A stretch of 60,823 nucleotides of DNA from a virus (IMGVR_UViG_3300037991_005796:1-60823); one strand, 5' to 3'. Positions 9,181-19,357 are shown, counted from the first letter of the stretch. The notes: generated by a model from the sequence alone, not told the origin. Made by a program: numbers and translations.

Positions 9181-10866
9181 ATGGAAATTAAAAATCTTTT
9201 AGAGAGCTCAAACAATTACAAGAGCCAATTAAAGGACGCTGAAAAACTAGCTGGAAAATGGGAAGGCAGTGGATTGTTAGAAGGTATCGAGGATGTAAGA
9301 GTCAAAAACAATATGGCTGTTATTCTTGAGAACCAAGCTAAACAAATCGTTGCTGAAGCAAACGTTACTGACGTAGGTGGTGCTTCTTTCTCTGCAGGTG
9401 CTGGTGAGCAGTGGGCTGGTGTAGCTTTACCTTTAGTTAGAAAAGTTTTTGCTCAAATCGTTGCACAAGATTTCGTTTCTGTACAACCAATGTCACTTCC
9501 TTCAGGACTAGTATTCTACTTAGACTTCAAATATGGAGACACAGTAGGAGGAAGAACTGACGGTGATAACTTGTACGGTAATGTATCATCTGCATCGGCA
9601 AAAATGTCTGTTGACGAAGAAGTATCTGGTGGTCTTTATGGCGCTGGTCAGTACGGATATACTATTAACTCATCTTCACACACTGATTTAGGTGCTGGAG
9701 ACTTAGCTGCTGCTGTAGCTACTGGTAAATTCGCAACTGCTTCTGTTAACTTAAATACAGGACTTTCAGATTTTGATTATGACTTAGATTTCTCTCAGTC
9801 AATCAATGCTGCTGGATCTGGATCGAATATTAGAAAAGTTTCAATATTAGGTAGTGATTTAACTAGACCTGATTTTGAAGCAGTTAGATCATGGAGACTA
9901 ACTGGTGGAGTAGACATTGAAACAGTACACAATAAGTATACTAAATATGACGCTTCTACTGGACATGTACACTTTATAGTAACTCAAGGTAGTGCTGACG
10001 CAGGTGCAAAATCAATTGATGCATCTACTGCATTAGAAATTGAGTACTCAGAGCAACCTACTGACAATCAGAGAGGTGACTTTGAAGCTGCTGGTAACGC
10101 TGCTGTAGATAGCTCCATTTCTATCCCAGAAATCGACGTAAAATTAGCTAGTGAAGCAATCGTTGCTAAGACTAGAAAATTAAAAGCACAATGGACTCCT
10201 GAGTTCGCTCAAGATCTTAACGCATACCACAGCATCGACGCTGAGGCTGAGTTAACTTCTTTATTGAGTGAATATATCTCAATGGAAATTGATCTTGAGA
10301 TCCTAGACATGCTTATTAACAATGCAGTCACTACTGAGAAGTGGAGTGCTGAGAACAACAAAGTATATGATGGATCATCTTGGTCTACTTCTACTTCTGA
10401 TTTCTACAACACTCAAGGACAATGGTTCCAAACTTTAGGAACTAAAATCCAAAAAGTATCTAACAAGATACATCAGAAAACTCTTAGAGGTGGTGCAAAC
10501 TTCCTAGTTTGTTCTCCAACTGTTGCAACTATCTTAGAATCTATTCCAGGATATGCTGCTAACACAGATGGTGATCAACAAGAATTCAACTTTGGTGTAC
10601 AAAGAATTGGTAACCTTGCAAATAGATTCAAAGTTTATAAGAATCCTTATATGACTGAGAACATTATCCTTATGGGATATAGAGGTTCACAATTCCTTGA
10701 AACTGGTGCGGTATATGCTCCGTATGTACCATTACTAGTTACTCCTCTTGTATACGATCCTGAAACTTTTTCACCAAGAAAAGGTATCATGACTAGATAT
10801 GCTAAGAAGATGCTAAGACCAGAATTCTACGGAAAAGTATTTGTTTCTGATACTAGATTAATCTAA
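9181..10866 (+). CDS. gp23: Major capsid protein (T4 gp23-like)
   Basis: LPLVRKVF, VSVQPMSLPSGLVFYLDF, AKTRKLKAQWTPEFAQDLNAYH, GAVYAPYVPL, PRKGIMTRYA. Confidence 0.96.
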   Translation: MEIKNLLESSNNYKSQLKDAEKLAGKWEGSGLLEGIEDVRVKNNMAVILENQAKQIVAEANVTDVGGASFSAGAGEQWAGVALPLVRKVFAQIVAQDFVSVQPMSLPSGLVFYLDFKYGDTVGGRTDGDNLYGNVSSASAKMSVDEEVSGGLYGAGQYGYTINSSSHTDLGAGDLAAAVATGKFATASVNLNTGLSDFDYDLDFSQSINAAGSGSNIRKVSILGSDLTRPDFEAVRSWRLTGGVDIETVHNKYTKYDASTGHVHFIVTQGSADAGAKSIDASTALEIEYSEQPTDNQRGDFEAAGNAAVDSSISIPEIDVKLASEAIVAKTRKLKAQWTPEFAQDLNAYHSIDAEAELTSLLSEYISMEIDLEILDMLINNAVTTEKWSAENNKVYDGSSWSTSTSDFYNTQGQWFQTLGTKIQKVSNKIHQKTLRGGANFLVCSPTVATILESIPGYAANTDGDQQEFNFGVQRIGNLANRFKVYKNPYMTENIILMGYRGSQFLETGAVYAPYVPLLVTPLVYDPETFSPRKGIMTRYAKKMLRPEFYGKVFVSDTRLI

Positions 10867-10894
10867 TTAGAACTATACTAATTCTATAAGAAAG

Positions 10895-10922
10895 AGCGGC
10901 TCTCACGGGCCGCTTTTTTTTT
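10895..10922 (+). terminator. Rho-independent terminator after capsid gene
   Basis: AGCGGCTC-tcac-GGGCCGCT followed by a T run. Confidence 0.85.
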
Positions 10923-10925
10923 GCC

Positions 10926-10933
10926 TATTTATA
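10926..10933 (+). promoter_or_regulatory. TATTTATA putative late promoter
   Basis: Immediately after the terminator, upstream of ORF 11000. Confidence 0.6.
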
Positions 10934-10999
10934 AACATGGAATTCCTTTCTTAATTGAAGTCGGACAGTTATCTTATGTCTAACTAAAAACCAAATTTT

Positions 11000-11236
11000 A
11001 TGGATTTTTTAAAGAAGATTGGCTCTTGGGCTAATCAACTAACAGAAATCGGTGTAAGTTTAATTGCACTGGGGGTTGTACTTGAAGTACTATTCAAAGG
11101 TGCTAACATTCCGTTCTGGCCAAATATATCTGTAGTAGATAATATTATGGGAATATTAGGTGGGCTGAATGCAGAAGGTTTACTAGGATTAGTAGGTGCC
11201 TTCGTCTTATACCACATTCTGAAAAAGAAGGGTTAA
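11000..11236 (+). CDS. Small membrane protein (moron-like)
   Basis: 78 aa with two hydrophobic segments (IGVSLIALGVVLEVLF, GLLGLVGAFVLYHIL) and a basic C-terminus; flanked by terminators. Confidence 0.75.
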   Translation: MDFLKKIGSWANQLTEIGVSLIALGVVLEVLFKGANIPFWPNISVVDNIMGILGGLNAEGLLGLVGAFVLYHILKKKG

Positions 11237-11247
11237 GAATAACTAAG

Positions 11248-11275
11248 AAGAGGCTTTCGGGCCTCTTTTTTTTTT
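11248..11275 (+). terminator. Rho-independent terminator
   Basis: AAGAGGCT-TTCG-GGCCTCTT followed by a long T run. Confidence 0.88.
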
Positions 11276-11278
11276 GAC

Positions 11279-11286
11279 TATTTATA
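11279..11286 (+). promoter_or_regulatory. TATTTATA putative late promoter
   Basis: Immediately after the terminator, 14 nt before ATG 11301. Confidence 0.6.
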
Positions 11287-11300
11287 AATAAAGATATATA

Positions 11301-11729
11301 ATGGCAAATTTAAACTACAATATAAGAGAAAGAGTTAAGATAGAAAGTAAAGAGAGAGGCACTTCTTTTAACGTTGATATACCCTCAGCTAGTTACCATG
11401 ACGAAAGGACTTTTAATATATCTTCTGGATCATTTACAGATGTAGTAGACTTTTCTGGAGCTGAAGGAGCTGGACAGTTTGTTAGCAGTAGCCTTTTATA
11501 CTTTAGATTTACTAATCATTCAACAGGTTCAGTGGTATTACAGTTATCTTCTTCAAACGAAACGTTTAACCTATTAGTAGGTTCTTCTGGTAGCTTTATG
11601 TTTGATAATACTTCTTTAACAGGTAGTTTCCAAGATGTATCCACAGGTAGTTTCGATAATATAGTAAAAATTAAAGCTCAACCAGTAGATTCAGTATCAA
11701 CTGTTGAATACTTTTTAGTATCTAAATAA
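11301..11729 (+). CDS. Putative small beta-rich virion protein
   Basis: 142 aa, five [ST]GS motifs, located between capsid and neck genes. Confidence 0.5.
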   Translation: MANLNYNIRERVKIESKERGTSFNVDIPSASYHDERTFNISSGSFTDVVDFSGAEGAGQFVSSSLLYFRFTNHSTGSVVLQLSSSNETFNLLVGSSGSFMFDNTSLTGSFQDVSTGSFDNIVKIKAQPVDSVSTVEYFLVSK

Positions 11730-11735
11730 TAAATT

Positions 11736-12950
11736 ATGGCAAATATAGTAATATATGACGGAACAGCTAATTTCGTAGCAGGTAAAAGTACTCCTTTCGG
11801 GTTTTATGATGATGATTTAGAGTTTCAAAAGGATGCTCCTAAGGTAGCTGAGTATTGTGCTAAAAAATTAGGGTTTCCAATGATGGATGTAGAACTTCAA
11901 TCAGGGTCTTTCTTTGCTGCATTCGAAGAAGCAGTAACTACTTACGGTACTGAAGTATATCAACAACAAGTAGCCGAGTCTTTTGCTAATTTACAGGGAG
12001 GCTTTCAAGGAGAGGCAGTAAATACTACTTTAATTAGACCTTCTTTACAGAATATGGTTAGAATATCTAAGCAATATGGTATGGAAGCAGGAGTTGGAGG
12101 TGAAACTACACTACATACTGGTATGTTACCTATATCTGAATCAGTTCAAGAGTATGATCTACAAGAATGGGCATCTTCACAAGGAGTAACCAGTAGAATT
12201 GAAGTAAGAAAGGTATTTTATGAAGCTCCACCTGCTATTCAAAGGTATTTTGACCCTTATGCAGGTACTGGAACAGGTATACAGTCATTAATGGATGCTT
12301 TTGACTTTGGATCTTACAGTCCTGGTGTTAATTTCTTATTAATGCCTGCTTCTTTTGATATATTAAAGACTCAAGCTATTGAATTCAATGATCAGATAAG
12401 AAGATCAGCGTATTCTTTCGAAATACATAATAACAAATTAAGATTATTTCCTATCCCTAGTGCTTCAGGGTCATTAAAGATAGATTACTATATAGAAAAT
12501 GAAAAAAGATTTGTAGATGATGGTTTAAATATATCATCTAGTGCTGAAATAGGCGGAGGTATAGAAGGATCAGGGGGATCTTACTATTCTAATAGTAACG
12601 GTAACTTAATTACTAATATATCTAATGTACCTACTAATAATCCTATTTATTCTCAAATAAACTCAATAGGTAGACAATGGATATTTAAGTATGCTTCTAC
12701 TTTAGCTAAAGAAATGCTTGCTTATGTAAGAGGTAAGTATCAAACAGTACCAGTTCCTGGTGCAGAAGCTACTTTAAACCAGGCAGATCTATTAGCTGAT
12801 GTAAGAGCTGAAAAAGAAGCATATGTAACTGAGTTAAGAGAAGTATTAAACACAGCATCTATAAACGGTCAATTAGAAAATCAAGCAGCTAATACTAAAT
12901 ACCTTAATGATGCATTAGGTGGAGTACCTATGACTATATATATTGGGTAA
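11736..12950 (+). CDS. Neck/head-tail adaptor (T4 gp13-like)
   Basis: KLGFPMMDVEL N-terminal motif, RGKY...VPG...TLN and C-terminal PMTIYIG. Confidence 0.75.
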   Translation: MANIVIYDGTANFVAGKSTPFGFYDDDLEFQKDAPKVAEYCAKKLGFPMMDVELQSGSFFAAFEEAVTTYGTEVYQQQVAESFANLQGGFQGEAVNTTLIRPSLQNMVRISKQYGMEAGVGGETTLHTGMLPISESVQEYDLQEWASSQGVTSRIEVRKVFYEAPPAIQRYFDPYAGTGTGIQSLMDAFDFGSYSPGVNFLLMPASFDILKTQAIEFNDQIRRSAYSFEIHNNKLRLFPIPSASGSLKIDYYIENEKRFVDDGLNISSSAEIGGGIEGSGGSYYSNSNGNLITNISNVPTNNPIYSQINSIGRQWIFKYASTLAKEMLAYVRGKYQTVPVPGAEATLNQADLLADVRAEKEAYVTELREVLNTASINGQLENQAANTKYLNDALGGVPMTIYIG

Positions 12951-13252
12951 TGAAGTTATTAGATATTATAAAAGAACAGATAAATTTTAGAACATACGAA
13001 GGTATGGTCCAAGTAGTATATGATAATACAGAGAATATACAAAATTTAGCTGAGTTATTACGTGCTTTACCAGGAGTTACAACAGTAACAACAGCTTCTG
13101 GTGATGGAGAAAATAAAGAAACATTAAAAGTAAAGCTTATTTCACAAAAAGAACCTAATGAAGCATTTGAAGCGTTTAAAAATAACGCTATTCAAAAGTA
13201 TGAGTTCATTAAAGATGTTGAAATAGCTGAAAATACTATAGAAGAGAAGTAA
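12950..13252 (+). CDS. Small hypothetical protein with MKLLDIIKE leader
   Basis: 100 aa; LRALPGVTTV suggests a ferredoxin/ACT-like fold; TAATG coupling on both sides. Confidence 0.5.
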   Translation: MKLLDIIKEQINFRTYEGMVQVVYDNTENIQNLAELLRALPGVTTVTTASGDGENKETLKVKLISQKEPNEAFEAFKNNAIQKYEFIKDVEIAENTIEEK

Positions 13253-13752
13253 TGCTATTTGGAAGTAATAGAGATTTTGATTTATTAGTAAATATTAACC
13301 GAGAACTACTAAAAGACATAGTAGAACAAGAGGTAATATTTTATAAATTAAATTTAGATGATACTGAAGCTAATATTTACGGAGAAGCAATGATAAAAAA
13401 CTACTTCGTACCAGTTAAGTTGAATTGTCTAATTACTAGAGGTGATCAAGTAGTAGAAGTAGGTGATTATACCCTTCCTGATCTTCAAAGAGAAGCATCT
13501 TTTGCTTTTATTAGACAAGATTTAGTAGATACTGATGTAATTCCTGAAGTAGGAGATATAATTAACTGGCAAGAAGATTACTATCAAGTAGATACAGTTA
13601 GAGAGAATCAATTATTCGTAGGAAGAGATAAATCTTACAATTTAGCTCAATATGGACATAAATTTGGCTCTTCTTTATCTATTATATGTGATTGTCACAT
13701 GACAAAAAGAGAAACTACTGGTATTGATTTCGAAGGAACAACTTATTTATAA
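13252..13752 (+). CDS. Head closure/neck protein (T4 gp14-like)
   Basis: NIYGEA and PEVGDII motifs; position after the gp13-like gene. Confidence 0.65.
   Translation: MLFGSNRDFDLLVNINRELLKDIVEQEVIFYKLNLDDTEANIYGEAMIKNYFVPVKLNCLITRGDQVVEVGDYTLPDLQREASFAFIRQDLVDTDVIPEVGDIINWQEDYYQVDTVRENQLFVGRDKSYNLAQYGHKFGSSLSIICDCHMTKRETTGIDFEGTTYL
13744..13751 (+). promoter_or_regulatory. TATTTATA motif overlapping a stop codon
   Basis: Octamer only 6 nt before ATG 13758; the short spacing makes it less certain. Confidence 0.35.
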
Positions 13753-13757
13753 TATAA

Positions 13758-14615
13758 ATGGCAGACGATATTAACATAAATCCTATTTCACAAAGACAGC
13801 TTAGCGATAAGCAGAAAAAAGCCTATAAAGCAGGTGCTTTTCAAGGCAGTGTAAAGCAAGTTGATGATAAAAAAGCTAGATCAGCTCAAAAATCAGTAAC
13901 AAATGATGAAAAAGGGTTTGAAGTAGGTTTAAGAGATATAGATGAAGCTATATTTTACTATTTTAATAATGTAATTAAACCAAGCGTAATAAGAAACGGA
14001 GCACAAAAGAATGTTCCTGTCCTATACGGTTCACCGGAAAGATGGAAAGCCGTACAGAGCGACGGTTTTTACCGTGATAGACATGGGAAAATACAACTAC
14101 CCCTACTATTATTAAAAAGAAATAGTATAAGTAAGAATAGATCTTTAGGAAATAAGATGGATGCTAACTTACCTCATAACTATGCTATATACAAAAAGAA
14201 GTGGTCTAAGAAAAATCAATATGATAGATTTTCAATTTTAAATAATAGAACACCTATAAATGAATATCAAGCAGTAGTTATACCAGATTACGTAAATATA
14301 GTATATTCTTGTATGATATTTACAGAATATATAGAACAGATGAATAAAATAGTAGAAAGTATTAACTATGCCTCTGATTCTTACTGGGGAGACCCAGAAA
14401 AATTTAGCTTTAGAGCTATGATAGACGATTTTAATATGGTAACTGAGTTAAATCAGGGATCTGATAGAACGGTAAAGACAGAATTTAATATAAACCTTTT
14501 AGGACATATTATTCCTAATACTATTAATACATTACCGCAAGGATCACTTAAATTTTACGATAAGAGTGCTGTATTATTTGGATTAGAAACAGTTAAAAAT
14601 ATAAATGATTTATAA
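13758..14615 (+). CDS. Tail terminator/sheath stabiliser (T4 gp15-like)
   Basis: VPVLYGSPERW, LPLLLL, PDYVNIVY, QMNKIVE motifs; neck-module position. Confidence 0.7.
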   Translation: MADDININPISQRQLSDKQKKAYKAGAFQGSVKQVDDKKARSAQKSVTNDEKGFEVGLRDIDEAIFYYFNNVIKPSVIRNGAQKNVPVLYGSPERWKAVQSDGFYRDRHGKIQLPLLLLKRNSISKNRSLGNKMDANLPHNYAIYKKKWSKKNQYDRFSILNNRTPINEYQAVVIPDYVNIVYSCMIFTEYIEQMNKIVESINYASDSYWGDPEKFSFRAMIDDFNMVTELNQGSDRTVKTEFNINLLGHIIPNTINTLPQGSLKFYDKSAVLFGLETVKNINDL

Positions 14616-15019
14616 TGGGAAGATTTTCAGCAACAAGAAGTACATCTCTCGCAGTAAGATTTTTTGATAACATAAGTACAACAGGTAATTTAACAACAGA
14701 AGCGATGACACCAGAAGAAAAAGCATACAGTGTAATCAATAATGCTCATACTAGTAATAGTAAGACTGTAAACGTAGATACAGCTGCTAATACATTAACT
14801 TTTGTTTCAACTTCACTAGCAACCCCACCTTCTGGATTTCCAGCACAAACTACTGGAGATTTCACGATATTTATAAATGGAGTAGCTGTCGAAAACGAAG
14901 CAGTAACATCAGTAGCTCAAAGTAGTGCTGATGTAGTAGTAACGCTTAACACAGGATCATTAGATCATGGCTTAGCTACTAACGATGAGTATATGATAAC
15001 AGGAAAATTAGACGCATAA
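14615..15019 (+). CDS. Putative virion structural protein
   Basis: 134 aa Thr/Ser-rich beta-type ORF (IFINGV) preceding the fibre gene. Confidence 0.5.
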   Translation: MGRFSATRSTSLAVRFFDNISTTGNLTTEAMTPEEKAYSVINNAHTSNSKTVNVDTAANTLTFVSTSLATPPSGFPAQTTGDFTIFINGVAVENEAVTSVAQSSADVVVTLNTGSLDHGLATNDEYMITGKLDA

Positions 15020-15020
15020 A

Positions 15021-18000
15021 ATGGCATTAATTTCAAGAAAACAGATATCTGGAGATTTAACCAACGCTAAAGTACTATCAGGTTCTTTAGTTGTAAGTGG
15101 ATCAGAAGTAATAACAGGATCGTTAGATGTTACAGGATCTATCCTTCTTAACGGCGAAGCTGTAGGAGCTGGTGGAGGTGGTGGAGGTAATACTGGATCT
15201 TTAATAACTACAGCATCTAATTCGGGTTCTACTGAAGTAATAACTTTTACCAAAGGAGATGGATCTACTTTTGATTTAACTATAGTAAGTGCTTCATATG
15301 CAGTATCTGCTTCTCATGAAATCGTTAACGAAGTTTCTTCTTCTCATTCAGTAAATGCTGATACAGCATCGTATGTTGTTACATCATTAACAGCATCTTA
15401 TGTACAAGGGTCTAACGTTGATGGTAGCGTAAGTCTTGCAAGCACAGCATCTTATGTAGAATCTGCATCCCACGCAATAAACGCCGATACATCTTCTACA
15501 GCTATTTCTTCTTCTCATGCTATTATTGCTAATACAGCATCCTATGTAGCTTCTACCGACTCTGCTTCATATGCTACTATTGCTGAATATACATCAGAAT
15601 GGACTTTAGGAGCAAATGGAAGCTCAGATTATACTTTTTCAGGGCCAGGCTTTACAGGTTCAGCTAACGACCCAACAATATACCTAGTTAGAGGACAGAA
15701 GTATAAGTTTACTAATACAATGGGAGCTCATCCGTTTAGGATACAGACCACAGTTAATGGTTCTACTGGAACTCAATATAGCAATGGAGTAACTAATAAT
15801 GACGTATCAAATGGTACTTTATTATTTGATGTTCCTATGGATGCACCTGAAACTCTTTATTACCAGTGTACTGCCCATGGTAGTATGGGAGGACCAATAA
15901 GAATATTAGATGAAACTCCAATATCGTCTTCTCATGCAATTAATGCAGATACAGCTTCTACAGCTATTTCTTCTTCATACTCAGTAACGGCTTCTTATGC
16001 AGAAAATAGTAGTGGAGGAGGCTTCCCTCATTCAGGTTCAGCTCAAATAACTGGTAGTTTAGGTATAACCGGTTCGTTAAACGTTACTTCCTCTCTCACA
16101 TCTTCTACAGCTATAACAGCTAACAATATTACAAATGGTTACCCTACTTCTAATCAATGGGGAACTAATTTAGATGGAAGTTACTTTAATAACTTCGATA
16201 ATACTACTCACGTAAGTGAAATTTTAAGATTTATAGCAGGGCTTCTATCCTCTTCAGCTGCCAATCCAACGGCTAATACTAAAACTTATGGTTCTATAAG
16301 TGAAAATAAATCTTTAGGATCAACAGGTACGTTAAGCGGGTATGTTCCTCAAGATCAAGATATAGACGATGTTACTTATTTAATAGATCAAAGTTTTGCT
16401 TCTGTAGGAGGAACTATATTCCCTGGCAAAACAGTATATACATCTACTACTCCTTTAATTTCTTACACTTCAGTGGCTGGAGGTTCAACTACAGTATCAT
16501 CTTCTGTAGATACTCAACTATTTGGTTTAGGAAGTTTAACTAGTGGAGGAGCAACTGATTTTAGAGTAAGTGGATCACATAGCTGGACTTTTTCTAATAC
16601 AGGTTCTAACGCTACTACTTCAACCTCAGCATCAGCAGTAATATTAACCCAAGATTCTTTTGGTACTTCTAACGGTGTAACTTTAGCTAAAATTAATACA
16701 GTTAATCCTGCTGTAATACCAGCAGCATTCCAAGATGGAAAGTTTGCATCGGTATTTAGTAAGAATTTAGTAAACTGGACAGGTGTATCTTTAACTAGTG
16801 TATCTGCTTCCGGTACATATACTATTAATACCACTATAGGTATATCAACAGGGTCTCAAGTAGATTATGATACTAATGCAGCAAGTGAAACTATTTTCTG
16901 GGCTCCAGTTTCAACTATCAATACCAATTTAGGTAGTCAAACTTTAGCTACTGGTTCTACTTCAGTTACAGCCTTAACGTTAACTTCAGGTTCATTATCT
17001 GGAGCTCCTTATGTAACAGGAGGTACTTATAAATTAGATTCAACTGCGAGTGGATTATTTGAACCTTTATATGCAGCTTCTACTACCTTAGGTGATGTAA
17101 CTATAACTTCTCCTACTCCTTCTAATGTAACAGTGACTAATACAGCTGGAGTGGATACTTTATCTACTTCGGGAGGTACTATTCAAACAGCTAATGCAGT
17201 TTATAGTGCAGCAGGCGTTGTAAGAGGCACAGGTGTTGTTCCTTCGAGAACTGATGTATTTCATATAAGTGCTAGTTATACATTAAGCGGAACAGGTACT
17301 ACATTTAGTGAAAGTGGAATTTCAGATTCTGACTTTACATTAGCAATCAAAGGAAGAGATAGAACATCTTCACAATCTACTTTGAAAACAAATACAGTAA
17401 ATATACACACAGCAGGAACATTTGGCCAACCTGCAGCTAGTGGTTCAATGGGATATTTTGGAGGAGGAACTTCTTCTACAACTCTTATAGAATACTTCAG
17501 CAATGAAACTTACAGAAGAGTAATAAGTGCTCCTACTACTTTAACAACAGCTTGGACAAGTACAGATAGAATACCAGCTGGGGACGGAGAAGGACTACAA
17601 GTTAAACCTGGATACTTAGTTAATCCTGAATCTGCAAATGGATATTGGTATATAACTAGTGGATATAGTGCTTCTCACTATAAGTGGTATTTAAGAGAAT
17701 TTACTACTGGAGCAGGGTCTAACCAAAGTACTTTAACTATTAATCTAGATCCTAATTCTTCATCAGACTTTATAGATTTGAATACTACTACTAACAATAA
17801 AATTGCTTTTGGTGTAATATTTGAATCACAATTACCAGCAAATAGTGGTGATGCAAGAACTATAATTTTTGACCCAGTCAAAGGAAACAGTTCTTACGGA
17901 GGTACTTTAGATAATCAAGCAGCTAGTAATCAACTTAATCCGTTTAACGCTAATGTTGATGTACAAGCTGATTTTTCATCTTTAACTAATTCTTCAGGTA

Positions 18001-18131
18001 CTTTAACTTTAGGATTAAATAACGCAGTAGGTCAAACTATAAATGGTACCCACGATAAAATTTGGCTATTAGTAAGATATACTGGTACACCATCAAACAC
18101 ATTAGAAAGAATAACAATATCAGTATCGTAA
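15021..18131 (+). CDS. Long Ser/Thr-rich fibre-like virion protein with cupredoxin-like domain
   Basis: 1036 aa; [ST]GS and [ST]AS[YH] repeats; HPF...YYQCTAHGSM domain at about 15598-15911. Confidence 0.7.
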   Translation: MALISRKQISGDLTNAKVLSGSLVVSGSEVITGSLDVTGSILLNGEAVGAGGGGGGNTGSLITTASNSGSTEVITFTKGDGSTFDLTIVSASYAVSASHEIVNEVSSSHSVNADTASYVVTSLTASYVQGSNVDGSVSLASTASYVESASHAINADTSSTAISSSHAIIANTASYVASTDSASYATIAEYTSEWTLGANGSSDYTFSGPGFTGSANDPTIYLVRGQKYKFTNTMGAHPFRIQTTVNGSTGTQYSNGVTNNDVSNGTLLFDVPMDAPETLYYQCTAHGSMGGPIRILDETPISSSHAINADTASTAISSSYSVTASYAENSSGGGFPHSGSAQITGSLGITGSLNVTSSLTSSTAITANNITNGYPTSNQWGTNLDGSYFNNFDNTTHVSEILRFIAGLLSSSAANPTANTKTYGSISENKSLGSTGTLSGYVPQDQDIDDVTYLIDQSFASVGGTIFPGKTVYTSTTPLISYTSVAGGSTTVSSSVDTQLFGLGSLTSGGATDFRVSGSHSWTFSNTGSNATTSTSASAVILTQDSFGTSNGVTLAKINTVNPAVIPAAFQDGKFASVFSKNLVNWTGVSLTSVSASGTYTINTTIGISTGSQVDYDTNAASETIFWAPVSTINTNLGSQTLATGSTSVTALTLTSGSLSGAPYVTGGTYKLDSTASGLFEPLYAASTTLGDVTITSPTPSNVTVTNTAGVDTLSTSGGTIQTANAVYSAAGVVRGTGVVPSRTDVFHISASYTLSGTGTTFSESGISDSDFTLAIKGRDRTSSQSTLKTNTVNIHTAGTFGQPAASGSMGYFGGGTSSTTLIEYFSNETYRRVISAPTTLTTAWTSTDRIPAGDGEGLQVKPGYLVNPESANGYWYITSGYSASHYKWYLREFTTGAGSNQSTLTINLDPNSSSDFIDLNTTTNNKIAFGVIFESQLPANSGDARTIIFDPVKGNSSYGGTLDNQAASNQLNPFNANVDVQADFSSLTNSSGTLTLGLNNAVGQTINGTHDKIWLLVRYTGTPSNTLERITISVS
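15493..15976 (+). repeat. Exact 22-nt direct repeats flanking the cupredoxin-like domain
   Basis: cttctacagctatttcttcttc at 15493-15514 and 15955-15976 (offset 462 nt, in frame). Confidence 0.85.
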
Positions 18132-18146
18132 TAAAGAGGAATAAAA

Positions 18147-19301
18147 ATGGCATATAATTCAAGTAACAGATCGGAACGACTACTACAAGGCAGAAGGTTT
18201 ACAACTGATGAACTTACTCTAGCTCAAGAAGCGTTTACTGATGTATTCGACCTAGGTGCAGGTGAAATATTTACAGACGACGGTCTAATTCCTACAGGAA
18301 GTTCTCAATTAGCTTATAGTGGATCATCTCAAGATGGTGGTATAGTATCAGGTAGTATAGTTAGTCCTACATTAACTCCTAACGTTGAAGTATTAAAATA
18401 TCACTATAGAAAAAAACTTAAACCAGCAGGTAATGGAAATAGACAAGTTTATTATTTCACAACTGCTGATCCATCCTCTCCTACTGATTCAGTATCATCA
18501 GATCAGCTTATTGAATCAGATCAACAGACAAACTTTATTTCTCCTAAATATATTATCGCTGCTCATAGTGCAAGAAATGCTGAAGCTGTAACTACAGGGT
18601 ATAAAGCAGTAGTATATAAAGACACCTCAGCAACTGCAGGAGGTATTAGTACTGATGCTATCACAGACGATAACTATGTATTCGATTATAAAACTGGGGT
18701 ACTAACTTGGAATAGTGGTGAAGCTCCTTCTTCTTCTCAATACGTATACATGTCAGTATACCAATATGTTGGTAGAACTCTAAGATCTCAAATAGATGAT
18801 GGTACTGTAGCAACTTCTTTAATAAGTAATGGACTTAACAATAGAGTCTTAACTGCAGTAGATAGTTCTTCTATAAATGGAGAAGCTAATTTAACTTTTG
18901 ATGGTTCTACTTTGACTGTTACTGGTGATGCAACTATAACTGGAGATTTAACAGTTCAAGGTGACACTATAGAAAATCAAGTTAGCAATATCAATGTTGA
19001 AGATAAGTTTATACTTCTTAACTCTGGTTCAAGTACTGCTACAGACGAATCTGGTATAATTTTTGGAGGGTCGGAAGGAGCTGCAAATACAGGTTCTGCA
19101 TTATTTTGGGAAGGTGATTTCAACAGTAATGACGGTAGGTTAGCAATAGCATCTGGAGTTGCTGGTAGCTCTACTTCAGCTACAGCTCAATACTATGTAG
19201 CAGGTGTAATATCAGGATCATCCGATATAGCAACAGGTTCTCAAGCCGATCACTACGGAAATATTAGAATAGACGGCGAAGACATCTATATTTATTCATA
19301 A
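18147..19301 (+). CDS. Fibre-like virion protein
   Basis: 384 aa; FDYKTGVL, GEANLTFDGSTLTVTGD and GDLTVQG fibre-shaft motifs; seven [ST]GS. Confidence 0.65.
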   Translation: MAYNSSNRSERLLQGRRFTTDELTLAQEAFTDVFDLGAGEIFTDDGLIPTGSSQLAYSGSSQDGGIVSGSIVSPTLTPNVEVLKYHYRKKLKPAGNGNRQVYYFTTADPSSPTDSVSSDQLIESDQQTNFISPKYIIAAHSARNAEAVTTGYKAVVYKDTSATAGGISTDAITDDNYVFDYKTGVLTWNSGEAPSSSQYVYMSVYQYVGRTLRSQIDDGTVATSLISNGLNNRVLTAVDSSSINGEANLTFDGSTLTVTGDATITGDLTVQGDTIENQVSNINVEDKFILLNSGSSTATDESGIIFGGSEGAANTGSALFWEGDFNSNDGRLAIASGVAGSSTSATAQYYVAGVISGSSDIATGSQADHYGNIRIDGEDIYIYS

Positions 19302-19357
19302 ATTATTTTTTACTTCTAATTAGTAATTTAGCCTTTTTTTTATTATATTATAATGGC

